DNA of 64,000 nucleotides from Octopus vulgaris (taxonomy: Eukaryota): assembly GCA_951406725.2 (NCBI GenBank), contig OX597817.1:124186001-124250000 (forward strand), in the 5' to 3' direction. Position numbers and translations under genes: made by a program. Shown piece by piece: positions 12,531 through 25,880 of the stretch (within the stretch, counting starts at the first letter, position 1; each line of letters starts with the position of its first letter). Under the pieces are notes generated by a model. The model had not been told where the DNA came from, ran no database searches, and saw nothing but the letters and a program-made list of their open reading frames with translations.

Positions 12531-12718
12531 TGGAGGTGCAATGGCCCAGTGGTTAGGGCAGCGGACTCGCGGTCGTAAGAATGCAGTTTCGATTCCCAGA
12601 CTGGGCATTGTGAGTGTCTATTGAGCAAAAATACCCAAGCTCCACGAGGCTCCGGCAGGGGGTGGTGGTGAACCCCACTGTACTCTTTCACCACAACTTT
12701 CTCTCACTCTTTCTTCCC
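12531..12718 (+). mobile_element. tRNA-derived SINE family C (5' part)
   Basis: tRNA-like head TGGCCCAGTGGTTAGGGCAGCGGACTCGCG...GTTTCGATTCCC; homologues at 50590-50884, 59499-59812 and 42955-43075. Confidence 0.8.
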
Positions 12719-12924
12719 ACTTCTGCCACAAAGCAGAGGAACCATGGTGTAACCCACTATGGTGTAATAAACTTTCAGACCCTAGTCTAGATTGCAAATC
12801 CTCTGTACCCCAGGATGGTTCAGCTCTCTACCCGTTAAAATCCACCATTTATGGAATGAGGATAACAACGTAGCTTTCGCACCCATGCAACCACCAGTCT
12901 ATTGCATGTGGTGGGTGGATCTTC

Positions 12925-13172
12925 AAGTTGCCACACACATTCTTAGTAGCTTAGAGCAGGCTTAAATTCGAGATTATTCTTTGTGGCTAATGGTGTGAGT
13001 CCTGATTGGAAGAAGAAGAAGAAGACAGCATGTTGCTGCATCCATCAGTTGTTGGTGAATTCTTACCACTCCTGGTGGATGATGCCTTTGCACCTCTCAG
13101 GTGACAACTCTCCAGCCCATGGGTCTGTTTGCAAAGCTGTTACTGGTGGGCAGCATGAGTGGCATAATTTTT
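12925..13172 (-). mobile_element. Possible LINE 5' end or start of an AP-endonuclease ORF
   Basis: Minus translation KLLRMCVAT*R resembles the start of an APE domain (..ATWNV). The match is weak and short. Confidence 0.3.
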
Positions 13173-13399
13173 TTGTGTTTTAGTCATAAGATTAAAATAT
13201 ATCTGGATTTGTCTCTTGCTCATGCTCATTTAATTAAAATAATATTAAAGTATGATAATTTTATTAATTAAAATCAGATTTGTCTCTTGTTCATGTTAAT
13301 ATAATTAAAATAATAGAAAATATAATAATTTTACTAATTAAAATAATATTGACTCATATTGAATATTTTTATCATTGCAGAGTCCATAACCCTTCACAG

Positions 13400-13655
13400 G
13401 GCCTTGAAATTGGAGGGAAAGAGGAATGTCTCTTTAAACCTGAGGTCTGCCCTAAATTCTAGCAACTGGTGCCATTAGTAGAGTAGACTTTGTTAATGGC
13501 CCTAAGGAATTAGGTGGTTGTGTTAAACTTGACGCTAGATTCACTTTATTACCTATGCAGGCAGTGGTGGAATTTTAGCTCAGAATGTGAAGAGCAGGAA
13601 TAAATGCTGTAAATCATTCTAGCTGACATTCTTAAAGTTCTCCTAATCTACCACT
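13400..13655 (-). mobile_element. SINE family B, highly diverged
   Basis: GGAATTTTAGCTCAGAATGTGAAG and CACAGGGCCTTGAAATT match the reverse complement of family B. Confidence 0.55.
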
Positions 13656-14367
13656 CTGTTTGATACATTTTTTTATTGATCCTTGAAAATGTAATCCAAA
13701 TTTCCCTTCAGTGTAATTTGAACCTAGAAAGCAAGGAGTTAGAATGAATAACTCGAGGCATTTTATCTGATAAACTAAGATGTCCATCAATCTATTGCCT
13801 AACTGGGATAACACATAAATAATTTAAAATAAATATGTTGTTATAAAGAGTAAAAGAAAAAAAAGAATAAAGTGTAAGGTTTCCTACTCGAGTGAGATTT
13901 CATCCTTCATCTGCTTGCTTATGTTTCAGTGTAATAAAATAGTATGCTATTTGTCCTGAATGAAATTCAACTGTTGTATTAACATATTAATGCACATTTT
14001 GAATAATGTGCTTGAATGTAAAAATTTATTTGCTGTTTATCACTAGGTTAACTGTCAGCAAATTTAATTCTTTAATTCAATATAAATAATCTATTACAAA
14101 ATTTCTATGCTTTAACTTTTATTGCATGCAAATACTTTTAATTTCCCAATTTAGTTTTTCTTTGTTTCTTTTTCTTCTTCCTTTTTCATCTCAAGCAATT
14201 CCTGATTAAAAATTACCATGAGAATTGTCTCAGATACCTAACCTCTGGTGCTGTCTTTGACTTGCAGAGAATGGAAAGCATGTGTAGAAAATAACATGGG
14301 TCAATAAACAGTTGTAAATAGCTGAAGGGATTGGATATTGAGTTGAGAATCAATTCAAATTCTCTTA

Positions 14368-14490
14368 GGCAGTGGATTGGCAGAATCGTTAGAGCATTGG
14401 TCCATTATGTTCTGAGTTCAAATGCTTCTGAGGTCAACTTTGCCTTTCATCCTTCCAGAGTCGATAAAATAAAGTACCAGTACAAGTATT
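14368..14490 (+). mobile_element. SINE family B (partial)
   Basis: TGGCAGAATCGTTAG...GAGTTCAAAT...GAGGTCAACTTTGCCTTTCATCCTT...GTCGATAAAATAAAGTACCAG. Confidence 0.8.
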
Positions 14491-15866
14491 CCTTTAAAGC
14501 ATCCTAGATGTGAATGGAATTAGAATATAAATTCTGACAGCTGTTTTGCTCTTATCTTCAAATTTATTGACTCACTGCAGTTTTCAAAAGAAAGGACTGA
14601 AAGCAATAGTGTTGAGAATGTTGACACCTCTCACTCACTGTCTTCTTCATATTCCACCAGCAAAATAAATTTGTTTTGCTTTATTACCTGAGATGCATTG
14701 CTGTGGAAGCAAAGTGAGTGAGGAGATAAATTATTGGAGTATTGACTGGTAGATTGTGAGTTCGGTTTCTAGTTGCAGATAAATAGTAGTTGTTTGGCAG
14801 GACTCCTTATTTTATTTACTTTTCTGTGTGTCCCTCATGTAAATTTATTGCTTGTATAGTATGTACGTATGTAAGTATATTTGTATGTATATATGTATGT
14901 ATGTATGCATGTATCTATCTATCTATGCCTTGGTGTGTGTACTTATATGAGTGCGTGTGTGTGTGTGTGTGTGTGCATGTGTCAGAGATGGCTTGTGTTA
15001 TGAGTGTGTGCATGTGTGTATGTACCTGTCATACTCAGAGTGTTTTCATTTTGTGTGTCTGAGTGGACCCCTCTCATAATATGCAATCAGAAATTGTTTT
15101 TGTAGAGTGTGTGTGTGTGCGTATCCCTTTCATAATGCTTAGTCACTTAGCATTCAGGAAAACACACTAGACAGTGAAGGAAGGTTACATGGAATAGAAT
15201 TAATTAGTGCTCATCTAGGTGATTATTTATCTCTTACTAAACTAATTACAGGTAGTCAGAAAGCCACCCCAAAAACTGAAACCTGAACTGCAATTTAGAA
15301 AGTTATGCTAGTATTGATGCATTTAATGCAAGAAGCTTTAAAAGGCAACTAGAAATGAGTATGTGGTGAGGAAAAGAAGAAAGAATCTACTATTCAGTAA
15401 TGAATACTGTTTTAAACTACTAGTGCATTGGTTGTTTCTTTTCTCTTCTGTTGCAAAGGAAAGTATTGTTTTACCTGAAATTTATTTTACAAAATTCATG
15501 AGGACAAATATATTTCTGAATTACTAATATCACGCCCTGGAGGAATGAATAAAATGACAACTGAATTTCATCACATTTACACAAAACTGTTTGACTAAGT
15601 ATTCTTTTTCCAATTTTTTTCGTTTTTTTTCCTTTTTTCTTTCTTCTTTTCCTTTTACCTGCTATGAAAGTGAAAACTGATGATGTCATTTTATCTAAAT
15701 AGAAATGCAGGATTTCCTTGATTATATTTTGAATTTCTGTGTTTCTGCAGTTTTTTCAGTTTACATTTTGAACCTAATGAAGACAGAAAATCTGTTGAAA
15801 TATTGTTAAACCTGTTAAATAAACAATCCTTATTACGAATCATATCACGCTTTTCTAATTGTCTAC

Positions 15867-15898
<32 letters not shown>

Positions 15899-15899
<1 letters not shown>

Positions 15900-17790
15900 G
15901 TTTGCCATAACCATTGTATCCACATCCAGTTCTGTTTAACATGTCAGATAAAGGTGTCAGTGCCAAGCAGAAAAGGAGTGGAGAGAGTGGTTCTCCCTGG
16001 AATATTCCTCTTCTAATGGTGATGGTTTTGGTTTTTATGAGTCCTTCTTTTGTCTCAAGCTGTAGCACTGTTTGCCATTTATTCATGGAATGTTTTATAT
16101 ATTTTGCGATTATTGGTGCTACCTTGTTCATGGTTTGTGTTTCTAGGATCCATGTGTGGAGAATGCTATCAAAAGCCTTTCAAAAAACGATCCAATCCAT
16201 GCTTAAACCCTTCTTCTTTCTTTGGCTGTTTCCAGTTATCGCTTTATTGATCAGTAGCTGATATTTACAGTCGTATGAGCCCTTGCAGTATCCCTTCTGC
16301 TCTTCTAGAAACAGGTTGTTTTCTTCCAGATGTTTTCTCATTCTCTGCGATATTATGGCAGTAAAGGCTTTGTAAATTGTAGGGGGACAAGTTATCGGTC
16401 TGTAATTTTTGTGGGTTTGCTGTTTGGAAATTAGAATAGTTTTCCCTTCTGTGCTCACAGAATTGTCTTTGGCTCAGCTAGTATTTTACTAAATTTCTTA
16501 GCCAGCGTTTTATGTATTCCTGTTAAATATTTTAATCAGAAGTTGGGGATCTTGTGTCTAGGTGCCTTCCAGCTGCTTAGTCTTTGCAGTGCTTGGGTGA
16601 GTTCTTCAGTTGTTACAGCAGTTCAGAGTTGTTCAGGTACTGTGTTTGTTATTTTGATAGATCCTTTCTGAGGTTGTTCCTTCGCTGACCATATTACTTT
16701 CTAAAATTATTTGACTTCTTCTGTTCGTGCTGCATTGATCTCTATTTTATTTTTGTCAAGTTCTTGGTAGAAACTTTTAGGGCTGGAGTTGAACTGTTTG
16801 TTTTGTTCAAAGAAATGTTGGCATTTCTCATACCAGTGGTTTCTTTGTGCTTTGGTGAGGATATCTTGCTTTAGCTGTTCTTTATCTCAGGTATACCTTG
16901 CTCTGTAATTTTGTATTTGCATAGTATTTTTCTTCTCTTCTTGTTGCTTAGTAGTAGTAGCCTTTCATTTAATTTCTATTTTTTCTGTTTATTATTTATC
17001 CACAGGGTTTGTTTTGGATGGTGATGCTTCTATTTGAATGGGTTTGAGGTGGTATCCTGTTTGTTTTGTGGCCACAGAGGCTGCTGCATATATTATATCA
17101 TTTAACCTGGTCATATCGACATTTGTTTCTGTGGTTATTAGTCCTGTGACAACCTGGTTCATGCTATTTATTATTGATGTTGTTTTATTATCAATTTTAA
17201 ATCTTGGAAGGTATGATAAGTGGTCCATACTGAGATCTGTGGCTTTCATTTCTTTAATTATACTCATTTCTAACATATCATAATCATTAGTTTCACCTTC
17301 ACTGTTTCCCGGTTTTAGATTTGTTTCATATTCCCTCCCATTCATATTTTTTGTCTGTGGAGTTGTGGTTTGGTGCATTTTGCTCATCATTATGCATTTG
17401 TACGGTTTGGGTTATCTTTCATTGCTTACTTCGTTTTGTTGGACATGTTACATCTGTCTTCACATTTTACAGTCCCAGTACTTATGATATTATTTAGCAT
17501 TGCTGTGTGGTCACTATCTATGTTTTCTTGATGTATTTTTCCTTTTAAGTACTCTATTTCTATTTCTGATATATTTTTTTTATCTTAAGAATATATTTCA
17601 GTGTGTTAGCTAGTTTATTAGGGTTCATTGTTATATCCAAATCTTTAACTAGGTAATTTTTCTTCCAAATTTTATGTTGCTGTTTTCATTCTGTGGGTAG
17701 AGTACTGCTGTAAAATAAGCATGTAAGATTGAAATATATTCCTCTTGTGTTCATTTATGCCTTTTTTGTTTTATTCACAGGACATGAGGA
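15899..17790 (-). mobile_element. R4/Dong-like non-LTR retrotransposon: 5' half of the ORF (N-terminus to RT motif B), degenerate and 3'-truncated
   Basis: Minus motifs: K*TQEEYISILHAYFTA, WKAPRHKIPNF*LKYLTGIH, NYRPITCPPTIYK, EEQKGYCKGSYDCKYQLLI, WIVF*KAFDSI.HTW, IRRGIFQGEPLSPLLFCLAL. It breaks off before YMDD at an (AAT)n array. Confidence 0.85.
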
Positions 17791-18506
17791 ATAATATCTG
17801 GCACTTAATTTTGATGATCATCATTTTCGTAAGCTACCAGTTCGTTCATTTCTGTTGTTAAATAGTTTTGCATGAGTAGTTTTTCATACTTTTTGTGTAA
17901 TAAATCTAAAGTATGTACTTCACGTTTGTTATTGTTGGGTAGAAAAAGATGGACATTATTTAATCTATATTTCATTTTTTTTGCATCTGTATGGTGGTTG
18001 GGGACTAGACGGTCTGATGTTCATTTGAACCTTAATGTGGTGAGCATGTTTACATGTGTTTTTGCGAGTGATGGAGATGATGCACAGTTAAAATACATAA
18101 TTTCATTTGGAAAATAGCAATAAATTTTAATGAGTATTACTTACTCTGATATAGTCCAACACTTTGTCAGTTATTTTAGGTTCTATTTGTTGTCTTTATT
18201 CCCGATGTTTTTTGATAGATTTCAGAGCAGTGTTTTATCACTCTCACATGTTAAATGTCCCCAGTGTTCTGAGATGTCAGAATTGTTCGTACACCAGGTG
18301 AAATGCTTATGGTGTCTTTCAATGAGCAGCCCTCTATTGAGGATCACACATTGTTGATTAAAAAAAATTTTGTTGGTCTTGTTTACATGCAAAAACCCTC
18401 ACAACAACACACACTCACATACATATACACACACACATCCTTTATTATGTCCTATATTGTTCATAATGTTTTTATTAATGTAAACCCTTGCTGTTAATAA
18501 AGAAAT

Positions 18507-18514
18507 CATTATTA

Positions 18515-18586
<72 letters not shown>
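18507..18586. repeat. (ATT)n microsatellite
   Basis: Directly visible. Confidence 0.95.
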
Positions 18587-18587
<1 letters not shown>

Positions 18588-18800
18588 GACAGTGAACTGG
18601 CAAAATTGTTAGCATGCCAGGCAAAATGCTTAACAACATTTTGTTCATCTTTACGTTCTGAGTTCAAATTCTGCTGAGGTTGACTTTGCTTTTCATCCTT
18701 TTGGAGTCAATAAAATAAGTACCAATTGAACACTGGGATTGATGTAATCGACTTAGCCCCTCCCATAAATTACAGGCCTTGTGCCTATAGAAAAAGGACT
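18587..18800 (+). mobile_element. tRNA-derived SINE family B (Meta/MESC-like central motif)
   Basis: A/B-box-like head followed by GAGGTTGACTTTGCTTTTCATCCTTTTGGAGTCAATAAAATAAGTACC; flanked by (ATT)n; about 10 copies in the window. The superfamily name is from recall. Confidence 0.85.
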
Positions 18801-21054
18801 ACTATTATTATTATTATTATTATTAAGTGAGAAAGTGACACTAGGACCAATATTGGGTAATCATGATGGTATATTGGGCAATATACAAAGCCCACTATAC
18901 CCATTATGACTAGACTACCCATCTGATACTGGTACAATCTACAATCTTTTATAATTTGTTAGAAATTCTCTCATCCTTACTTTGCTGATGAGAGCATAAT
19001 AAATCTGTAACTTACTTAGAATTTTCTTCTGTACTTGGGGAAATTTCATGTTTTATAAATTTTCTTATTTATAATTTCATGCATAGATTTAAAGATGTTC
19101 ATGTCATTGATTTATTATGACAATTTTGATTATATCTTTTTCATTCCATAGTTCAGCTTGTTGAATGCCCAATACTGAAACCCAATTCCTTATGTTTGTT
19201 AAATACTTCCTTTATGTCTTCAATTTTGTTCCATAGTTAACGTTGTTAAAATTATAAAACTCAAACACATCATGGTACAAGCAGAATAATATTATAGATC
19301 TATATTAATCATTGGCCAATATTATCTTTTTATTTCACTATATGATTATTTTTAGCTAGCTTATTAATGGTCCATTAATTAAAATAGATTAATACTAACT
19401 TAACTATTTCTTTTTATTCATGCCAATATTATCTCTAACTTATTTCATCTCTCTGTGATTTCAAGAAATACTGTTAAGAATTATCTAATATTAGTATTAA
19501 GAATAAGGCTCAAAATAAATCTGAAAAACTTTTGGTGCTACAACACTGCTGATAATTATAAATAACCACGAAATCCATTTCTTCAGCTTCTTCATATATC
19601 AGTAAAAGTAATCAACAGTTTCATAATGGATTCTTTTATATCAGCATAGTCTTAAATTAGCTTTGATATGACAACTGTTTATCTATTGATCTATATGTTC
19701 TCATATACATCATTTAATGATTTCTCTCTTAGTCATCTTTTTTTGTTCTACAAATGTGATCTATTTTCTTACTGTCAGTAGACTATTATAATGTATTCTG
19801 CTCTTTTTTTTTTACATTATATTTTCATTTCCATTCCAAATGAATGTTATGAAGCAAATTTGATTCTTCTTTATCTTATCTTTTCTTCAATTACATTTTT
19901 TTCCCCATCAGACGTGTTTTTTTTTTTTAAACAAGAAATCTTATTTAAACTAATAAGGCAATTTTTTTATTCATTAATATTACATTTCATCTTTAATTTT
20001 GTTGCTCAAATGTCTAGTGCTTGTTTTAATATCATTTTATTGAAAGAAATATGAAAACTTATGTGAAGATATTAATTTTAATTTCTAATAGATAAATTTA
20101 CCTAATAAAATGTATTCAACACATGATTTTCATCTAGTGAACAAGAGATGGAAAAGCAACATAAACTCTAGTGAAATAATTGAGATATACTGAAAATTAA
20201 GTATTTTATATGAATTTTCTCTTCTGTTGTGTGTTTTATTAATTTTGTTTTAGAAACATTAAAAAATGCTTTACTGATGATATAATTTATATATTAATTT
20301 ACCCAGATATTGAAAACATTATCCATTTATACTTTATCTTCAATATAGAATAGAAACAGCTATCTAATGAACTTGTATTCACACCGAACAACCCTTTTCT
20401 TATTCTCTTCACTTTTTACATAGCATCAGCTTCATGTTTGGCTTCTCTTCCCTAATTCAAAAGTATATTTGTCAAAAAATATGTCTTAAAAATATTAATT
20501 ATTATCCTTAGTATCTTCATTTTATGTGTTATTGAAATAATATTACCTTGAAATAACTTGCACAGATCTTAAAGACCCTATATTTTATTTATATTTTTAA
20601 TGAACTATCTATCTGAAGTTATTAGTTAAATATCAATATTAAAATTCATTTTATAATAATTTTTATATCACTTCAGGCCTGCATATATTCAAAAGAAGGC
20701 TGCCATAAAAGTATACAATTTCTTTCATTCTTATTCAGATAAAACGAATTATGGCAAAGTATTGAGGAATGATAAATTCCTAGTTCCTTTGATACTAAAT
20801 GCTCTTGAAGATCAACATCTATACAATTTACATATTATATTATTCATATGCTTATGGAATGTATTAGTTTGTAAAATAATTTTTTTGATTATTGTAGTAT
20901 TATTTCTCACAAGCATTTCATGTTTTATTCTAAACATAGTTTTACAGCAGTTGTGGAGGAAGATACTCACATAACTTTAGTAGGTTAGTTAATATCCACC
21001 TCTTTTGAAATGGTAATATCACATATGCCAATGATAGATCCTTTATACAGTCAC

Positions 21055-21245
21055 ATGAACTGCTAGAAATAGCAAGAAGATTCTTCTTCAAATCATACCT
21101 TGTGAGTTTTAAATAAAGAAGGACACATTGGACAGTGAAGTCTTTGGATATACAAAAAAAGAAAAAGACAGTTTGGTAGCAGATGGATTACCTTTCATCA
21201 TAGTTCTGCTTGAATAGGATTGACCTGGGAATGAATAGCAACATG
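21055..21245 (+). mobile_element. Old SINE-like family D (TGCTAGAAATAGCAGCCAAATC...GACCTGGGGCTAAAC(AAC)n)
   Basis: Diverged homologues at ~23885-24020(-), 27060-27240(-), 33470-33560(-), 45540-45670(+), 47530-47600(+), 55640-55840(+), 58735-58830(+), 59220-59430(-) and 63510-63672(+). Confidence 0.6.
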
Positions 21246-22697
21246 TTGTGCTATTTATCCAAATGACACATATTGAATACTTCGTCTTCAGGCAACGATT
21301 CAAATTAAAATAATCAATAGTTGTTTGTCTGAGACAGTTGATATCTTTCATGTGTATTTTAGCATAATATAAATCAAAGCAGAATGTTGCATTTTTACCC
21401 CATCTAAGGTCACACTTCAGTTAAATGCATGTTTGAAAGGAAGAAGTAATTGCTATTGCCTATCTTTGGTAAACCTGCCTTTGATTTTATAACAGTGCCT
21501 GTAGTAATAGTGAACCATTATTTATTCCATTACCTTTAGATCCATAAGGAGATATGAATCCAGATTTAATAGTAAAATACAATAGTTTCAATTCAGATAT
21601 GAAGCCAATTTATGAACCTGGGTCATCAAAAGGTTACCTCCATTCAATGGTTTACACCATTAAGGATACAATATACCACTATGATTATTACTATATGATC
21701 TAATTTAAGTGAAGAATATTTATGAAGAATATATATAAAAGTCTTGAATTTAAAATACAATGAATTGAAAGTCACTCCAACTGCTACAGAATAACCATGA
21801 CACTAATATTAAGAAAGCTGAAGAAATAATTATTTCATTCCTACTTATAAATTGAAAGGAAAAATTGAAATAAAAACTGTAAAGATGACCCACAATGCAC
21901 TTTTATAAACCCATTTAAAACAATTTTTGCTTATTTAAATTTTCTATTGAGAAAATAAGATGTATTAGAAAATTTCTTCATCCCACATAACATATAATAT
22001 GTGTCATCTCTTTTTAAACACTGCTGTAATATCATTTTGTCTAATAGCATGAATAGTAATATTTTATTCACCGTAAACTACTGCTTCTGATGTTTTGCTG
22101 CATAAAGAAAATAATTATTATCGAAAATATATAAATTCTTTATCAGAACGGAGAAGAGAACATCAAATAATATTACTAGATAGTTGTACATATGCATTTC
22201 TCTTCTAAGTCATGTGCACTTTTCTCCAGATATAAAATTCATAATTTTATTATATGAGTAAAGGAAATATGGTTATAAATGGTATTAGGAAGATATTCTA
22301 ACCTATATACCAGGGTTGGTGAGTTGTATAAGATGTCAGACTTAAAGTATAAGTTTCAATTCCACTCTTGATAAAGCCCTGTTTCATTGAAGGGGCTTTA
22401 GCAAATTCTTAGTGACTGATTGAAGCCAGTAAAAGAGTGTTGGAAAAGATGTTGAAGTTATTTTTTATATAAATAGGAAGATAACATTGAAATAATGATA
22501 GTCAATTCCTGTAGCATTTTAATAATTGACAAAGAATTCAGTTTCAAAACATAGTTTCACGTTATCTATTGCACTTCCCAAGTAGATTTATACGAATCCA
22601 ATTGGATCATTAAATCTTATAATGGCTTAGCAGAAATTCAGATTTTACTCTTCTCTAAACAATATTATCTCCAACACACAACATAATCATCTTTGTC

Positions 22698-22975
22698 ATC
22701 ATCATCATCATCATTTAACATCTCCTTTCCATGTTGGCATGAGTTGGGCTGTTTGACAGCAGTTGGCAAGGCAGAAGACTATCAAGCTTCAGTGTCTGTT
22801 TTGGCATGGTTTTTATAGCTGGATGCCATGCTTAGCAGCAACCACTCAGCAGGGTGAACTTAGTGCTTTTTAAGTGGCACCAGTGCAGGCAAGGTCATTT
22901 TTTGCATGGTTTTTACAACTGGATCCCCTTATAAACGTTAACCATTTTACAATGGGGATTGGATGCTTTTTGACT
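22698..22975 (-). mobile_element. RTE-related 3'-end fragment (older subfamily)
   Basis: (CAT)n-TTTAACATCTCCTTTCCATG...GCTGGATGCC with an internal repeat; similar to 29720-29900. Confidence 0.7.
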
Positions 22976-25410
22976 GTTTTGACATAAGTCAAATTAGTCT
23001 TCAGAGCTGCATATTTCAATAGATTCTTTAACATATAAATGATTCCATGAAATATTATTTTTCAAGTTTCTTTTGCTGTTTGTTCAAATTTACATATGCA
23101 TTAAACATAAAAATGTTCATGTTTATGTAGATAATTATCAAAAAATCTTCATAAACAAAGTTTTGCTTATTTCAAATCATAAGAACTGAAAAAAGATTTG
23201 TTTTTCCATGTATTGTTCATTTTTATGGAACTATTATTTGATATTCTGTATGTCACAGATTTCAAATTCTAATCAGTGCACAGATAGCTTTTTGATACAT
23301 TGTGTGGAACCTAATCAGTGTTTATAGATAATTGGTGTCATCTTACTTTCTTCATAATCGTATTTTTTGTTTTAAATATTTAAATATTTTCTATCTCCAG
23401 TTCAGAATCCATTTTCATTTCATGTGTGCAACTCTCCATTTGCATTATTACTTACATGTCCATACAAGCTAAGTAAACTATCACGACAGGAAATTGACTG
23501 GTGCTAAAGGCTATGTTGCTTTATGTATCCTGTCCAATTTTCTCTTTTAGTTATTCATTGCTGCACTTGAAAATGATTTATTGACAGAAATAGCACTGTT
23601 TATTTTCCTCCTTTCACATCTTGCATCTTTTCACTTTTTAGAATTTATACAGGCATATGATCCAACATCTTTTTTGACTTTGGAGTGTTTACTCATCCAG
23701 ATTTATTCTAGTCATTCAGAAGTTTCACTACAGACTCAAAAATCAAAGGTTTATTCTTATTTCTTTCCATAAACAATTTTACTTTATTTCTATCAACTTC
23801 CATTAAAAAATAACATTTGAAGCTTTGTTATCTTATTTTTTACCATGATATTAAGAAACTAGGATTTATACTCTATCGTTCCTTCTTGTTTAACCCTAGG
23901 TCAGGCTTGAAAGATGTTCCAGCAGGGGACACATAATAATTTTCAAGTTGAGAGCATATATCTAACATGTGCTTTATCGGATAGAAGGGGTTTGATTTTA
24001 GGGAGTTTTATCAACCATATCTACATTTCTAGTAGGGCAAATATAAAGGCTCTCTTATCAGTCTCTAATACTGATTGGTGTAAACTACTTGTGACTTTAA
24101 CCAAACCTTAATCTCTAAAGTTGTGCTGTATACATGTGTGTATGACCTCTCTCTGAGTGCTACTGGTGACATATAACACAATGTAACCTGTTATGTCATC
24201 ACATTACTGATGACTAAATTGGTAACACCAGCAGGTTTGCCTGATAAGAAATGTTACCAGGAATCCAGCAGAACAGAAACATGTGCTGCTAAAACATTGG
24301 ATGAAACCAATATACAGTCAATGCCTATTTAACAATTGCTTGTGAGATGGTGAACGAATATTCTTTCAGATCCCTTTAGGACTAAAATTCTCAATCGTGG
24401 TATCATAATACTCTCAATAATGGTTGTAGTTGGTATGATATATCACTTGTAGTTACATGTGTACTCCAATTTGTATTTGTGTCTGTGATTTGTGTATGTA
24501 TTTGTTTGATGTTATTAGACAAACTTAAGCAAAGGAACTTCACATATAATATAGACTGCCATTGTAAGAAAAATCTTCTGTGATCATTTTAAAGTTTTGT
24601 ATCACTAGCTTCCCAAGATTGCATTCTTTTGTGCATGAAGAGTACTAAGTCCTATGATTTAGTTTGGGTTACAAACTTGAGAAGTGTGAGTGAAGTTGGC
24701 TCTCCCCAAACTTAAGCCACTTGTAACAATTTTTGTGTAAGTTGCTCATTAATAACACATTTGGTTTTGTATGCTCAGAGCTCTGTGATGATGATGAATG
24801 GTTTAGTGGCTGTTTCAGGAAATGTTTAGTCTGGAGTTTGCACAGAGATGACCCTTTGTTGCTAAGTCCTCATACATAACTTTTAATACGAAAATCCGCA
24901 CACACACACACACACACATGCATGTATGCACACACACATGTGTGTATGTAAGGTGGGGGCATGTTGCACAAGACACCATATTATGGTAGTTCTGACCATC
25001 TCAGTGATTTTTCTGATTAATCTTGTAAACAAAACTATTTTGAAAAATAGCTTATCGGTACAGCTGCAGCTGTATTCTAACTTTCCAGGTACATCACTGT
25101 CTTAAGTTGGCATTGGTAAGATTCAGCAACACTTTTGGGGACTGATCAAATGATAAGCCAAAACTTTAAAATTACAAGATATAATATGTTATTGAAAGAA
25201 CAAAGATAATGTATATAATTGATTTTTCTTTTTTTGCTTACTAGTTTGTTATGGTGTAAACAAGGAGAAAATATTATAAAGTTTTAATAGGACTGGTTAA
25301 GTTTTATCAACTCTTTGGTGGATAAAAATTTCTTTTTTGAATGTGAATAGTTTGTATCACTTCCAGTGGGAGTAGAAATATGATCTAGGGGATTGTTCTT
25401 TGTAATGGGT

Positions 25411-25830
25411 ACTCTTACTCTATACTCTTTTACTTGTTTCAGTCATTTGACTGTGGCCATGCTGGAGCACCGCCTTTAGTCGAGCAAATCGACCCCGGAA
25501 CTTATTCTTTGTAAGCCCAGTACTTATTCTATCGGTCTCTTTTGCCGAACCGCTAAGTGACGGGGATGTAAACACACCAGCATCGGTTGTCAAGCAATGC
25601 TTGAGGGACAAACACAGAGACACAAACATATACACACACATACATATGCATATATATACATATATACGACAGGCTTCTTTCAGTTTCCGTCTACCAAATC
25701 CACTCACAAGGCATTGGTCGGCCCGAGGCTATAGCAGAAGACACTTGCCCAAGATGCCATGCAGTGGGACTGAACCCAGAAACATGTGGTTGGTTAGCAA
25801 GCTACTTACCATACAGCCACTTCTGCGTGT
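25411..25830 (-). mobile_element. SINE family A
   Basis: Full-length reverse-complement homology to 7577-7984. Confidence 0.9.
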
Positions 25831-25880
25831 AGAACAGTAAAATTTTTAAGAGATCTGACTTATTTATATAATGCTACATT

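Noticed and set aside
12531-12605. tRNA gene (also 59499-59572)
   Set aside because: The tRNA-like head continues into a SINE body shared by several diverged copies; no intact cloverleaf or terminator.
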